From positions 68,944,001-69,008,000 of the forward strand of contig OZ024744.1 in assembly GCA_964016885.1 (NCBI GenBank): 64,000 bases of DNA, written 5' to 3'. The stretch is from Eledone cirrhosa (Eukaryota). The notes below the pieces were generated by a model. That model ran no database searches and was not told where the DNA came from. It saw only the letters and a program-made list of their open reading frames with translations. The translations under genes and the position numbers were made by a program. Below are positions 63,273 to 64,000 of this stretch, piece by piece (the stretch's first letter is position 1; every line of letters begins with the position of its first letter).

Positions 63273-64000
63273 TATATATTGGTAAACGGAATAGAAAATG
63301 CTGACAAATTGTTCACAGTGAAAAATAGTTTAATTAGGAATAAGTGAGAATTAGTAATAGTATTGGTTAGTATTCAGTTTTGGTTTTAAGTTTTACCGGT
63401 TGCGCATTTCTAATGCTTTTCAAAAATAATTTTGAGATAGAGCGTCCGTGATGTTTGCTCTGATCTGATTAGTTTTGGGAATTCTACCTGTTTTTATGTT
63501 AAAAAAGTGGCTCCAGCGGTATTAAAATAAGTTTTGCGCCAATTCGTGTTGCAAAAATTCTTGTGGTCAAAACAATTTTGATTGGTCGGTAGAGGTCATG
63601 TGAATGTAAAAAATTGATTTTGCGCCAAATGTAGGTTTGTGTCGGCTGACTGAGGAATAAGTCTTTCACAACAAATATGTGTGTGTGTGTGTAGTAGTAA
63701 AGAGGTTCGTTGTTGTGATAATGGTCAGCAGGGATGTGTGTGCGAACCGCAGCCTGTTGACAGTTCAAATGCCTATTAAGACAAGTGTGTGTGTGTAGCA
63801 GAGTAATTCGTGGTAGAGGGATGGTCAGTAGGAATGTGTCTGTAAGTGTGTGGGGGATATTTTAACATGTTAAAAGATATTTTTCAGCTCTTGTCTTATA
63901 CGGAGAAGTGTGTGTGTATATGTCTCTTTGTATGCTAATGCATGTGTGTGTGTATATATGTGTGTGTGTGAGAATGTGTGTGGGTGGACCAGTATTTTTT

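Overview
AT-rich, microsatellite-dense animal genomic DNA. The SINE families and repeat landscape suggest a coleoid cephalopod (octopus-like); this is an inference. I see no convincing host protein-coding gene, and most ORF-track entries are translated microsatellites. The window is a mosaic of decayed transposons: a near full-length RTE LINE plus three non-autonomous RTE end-derived elements, three R4/Dong-type LINE copies, two Tx1-type LINEs, a Neptune-type Penelope element, Helitron, Tc1 and Tigger-like remnants, and many tRNA-derived SINEs. The hidden layer is RNA structure. By eye I folded about 14 type I hammerhead ribozyme motifs of the Penelope pLTR type, with short and often palindromic stem III. 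They include U4C, U3-A8 and U10.1-U11.1 core variants and forms with 45-90 nt stem II inserts. Two of about ten long fold-back (inverted-repeat) elements carry outward-facing ribozyme pairs. All folds are manual, none were computed or tested, and boundaries are approximate.
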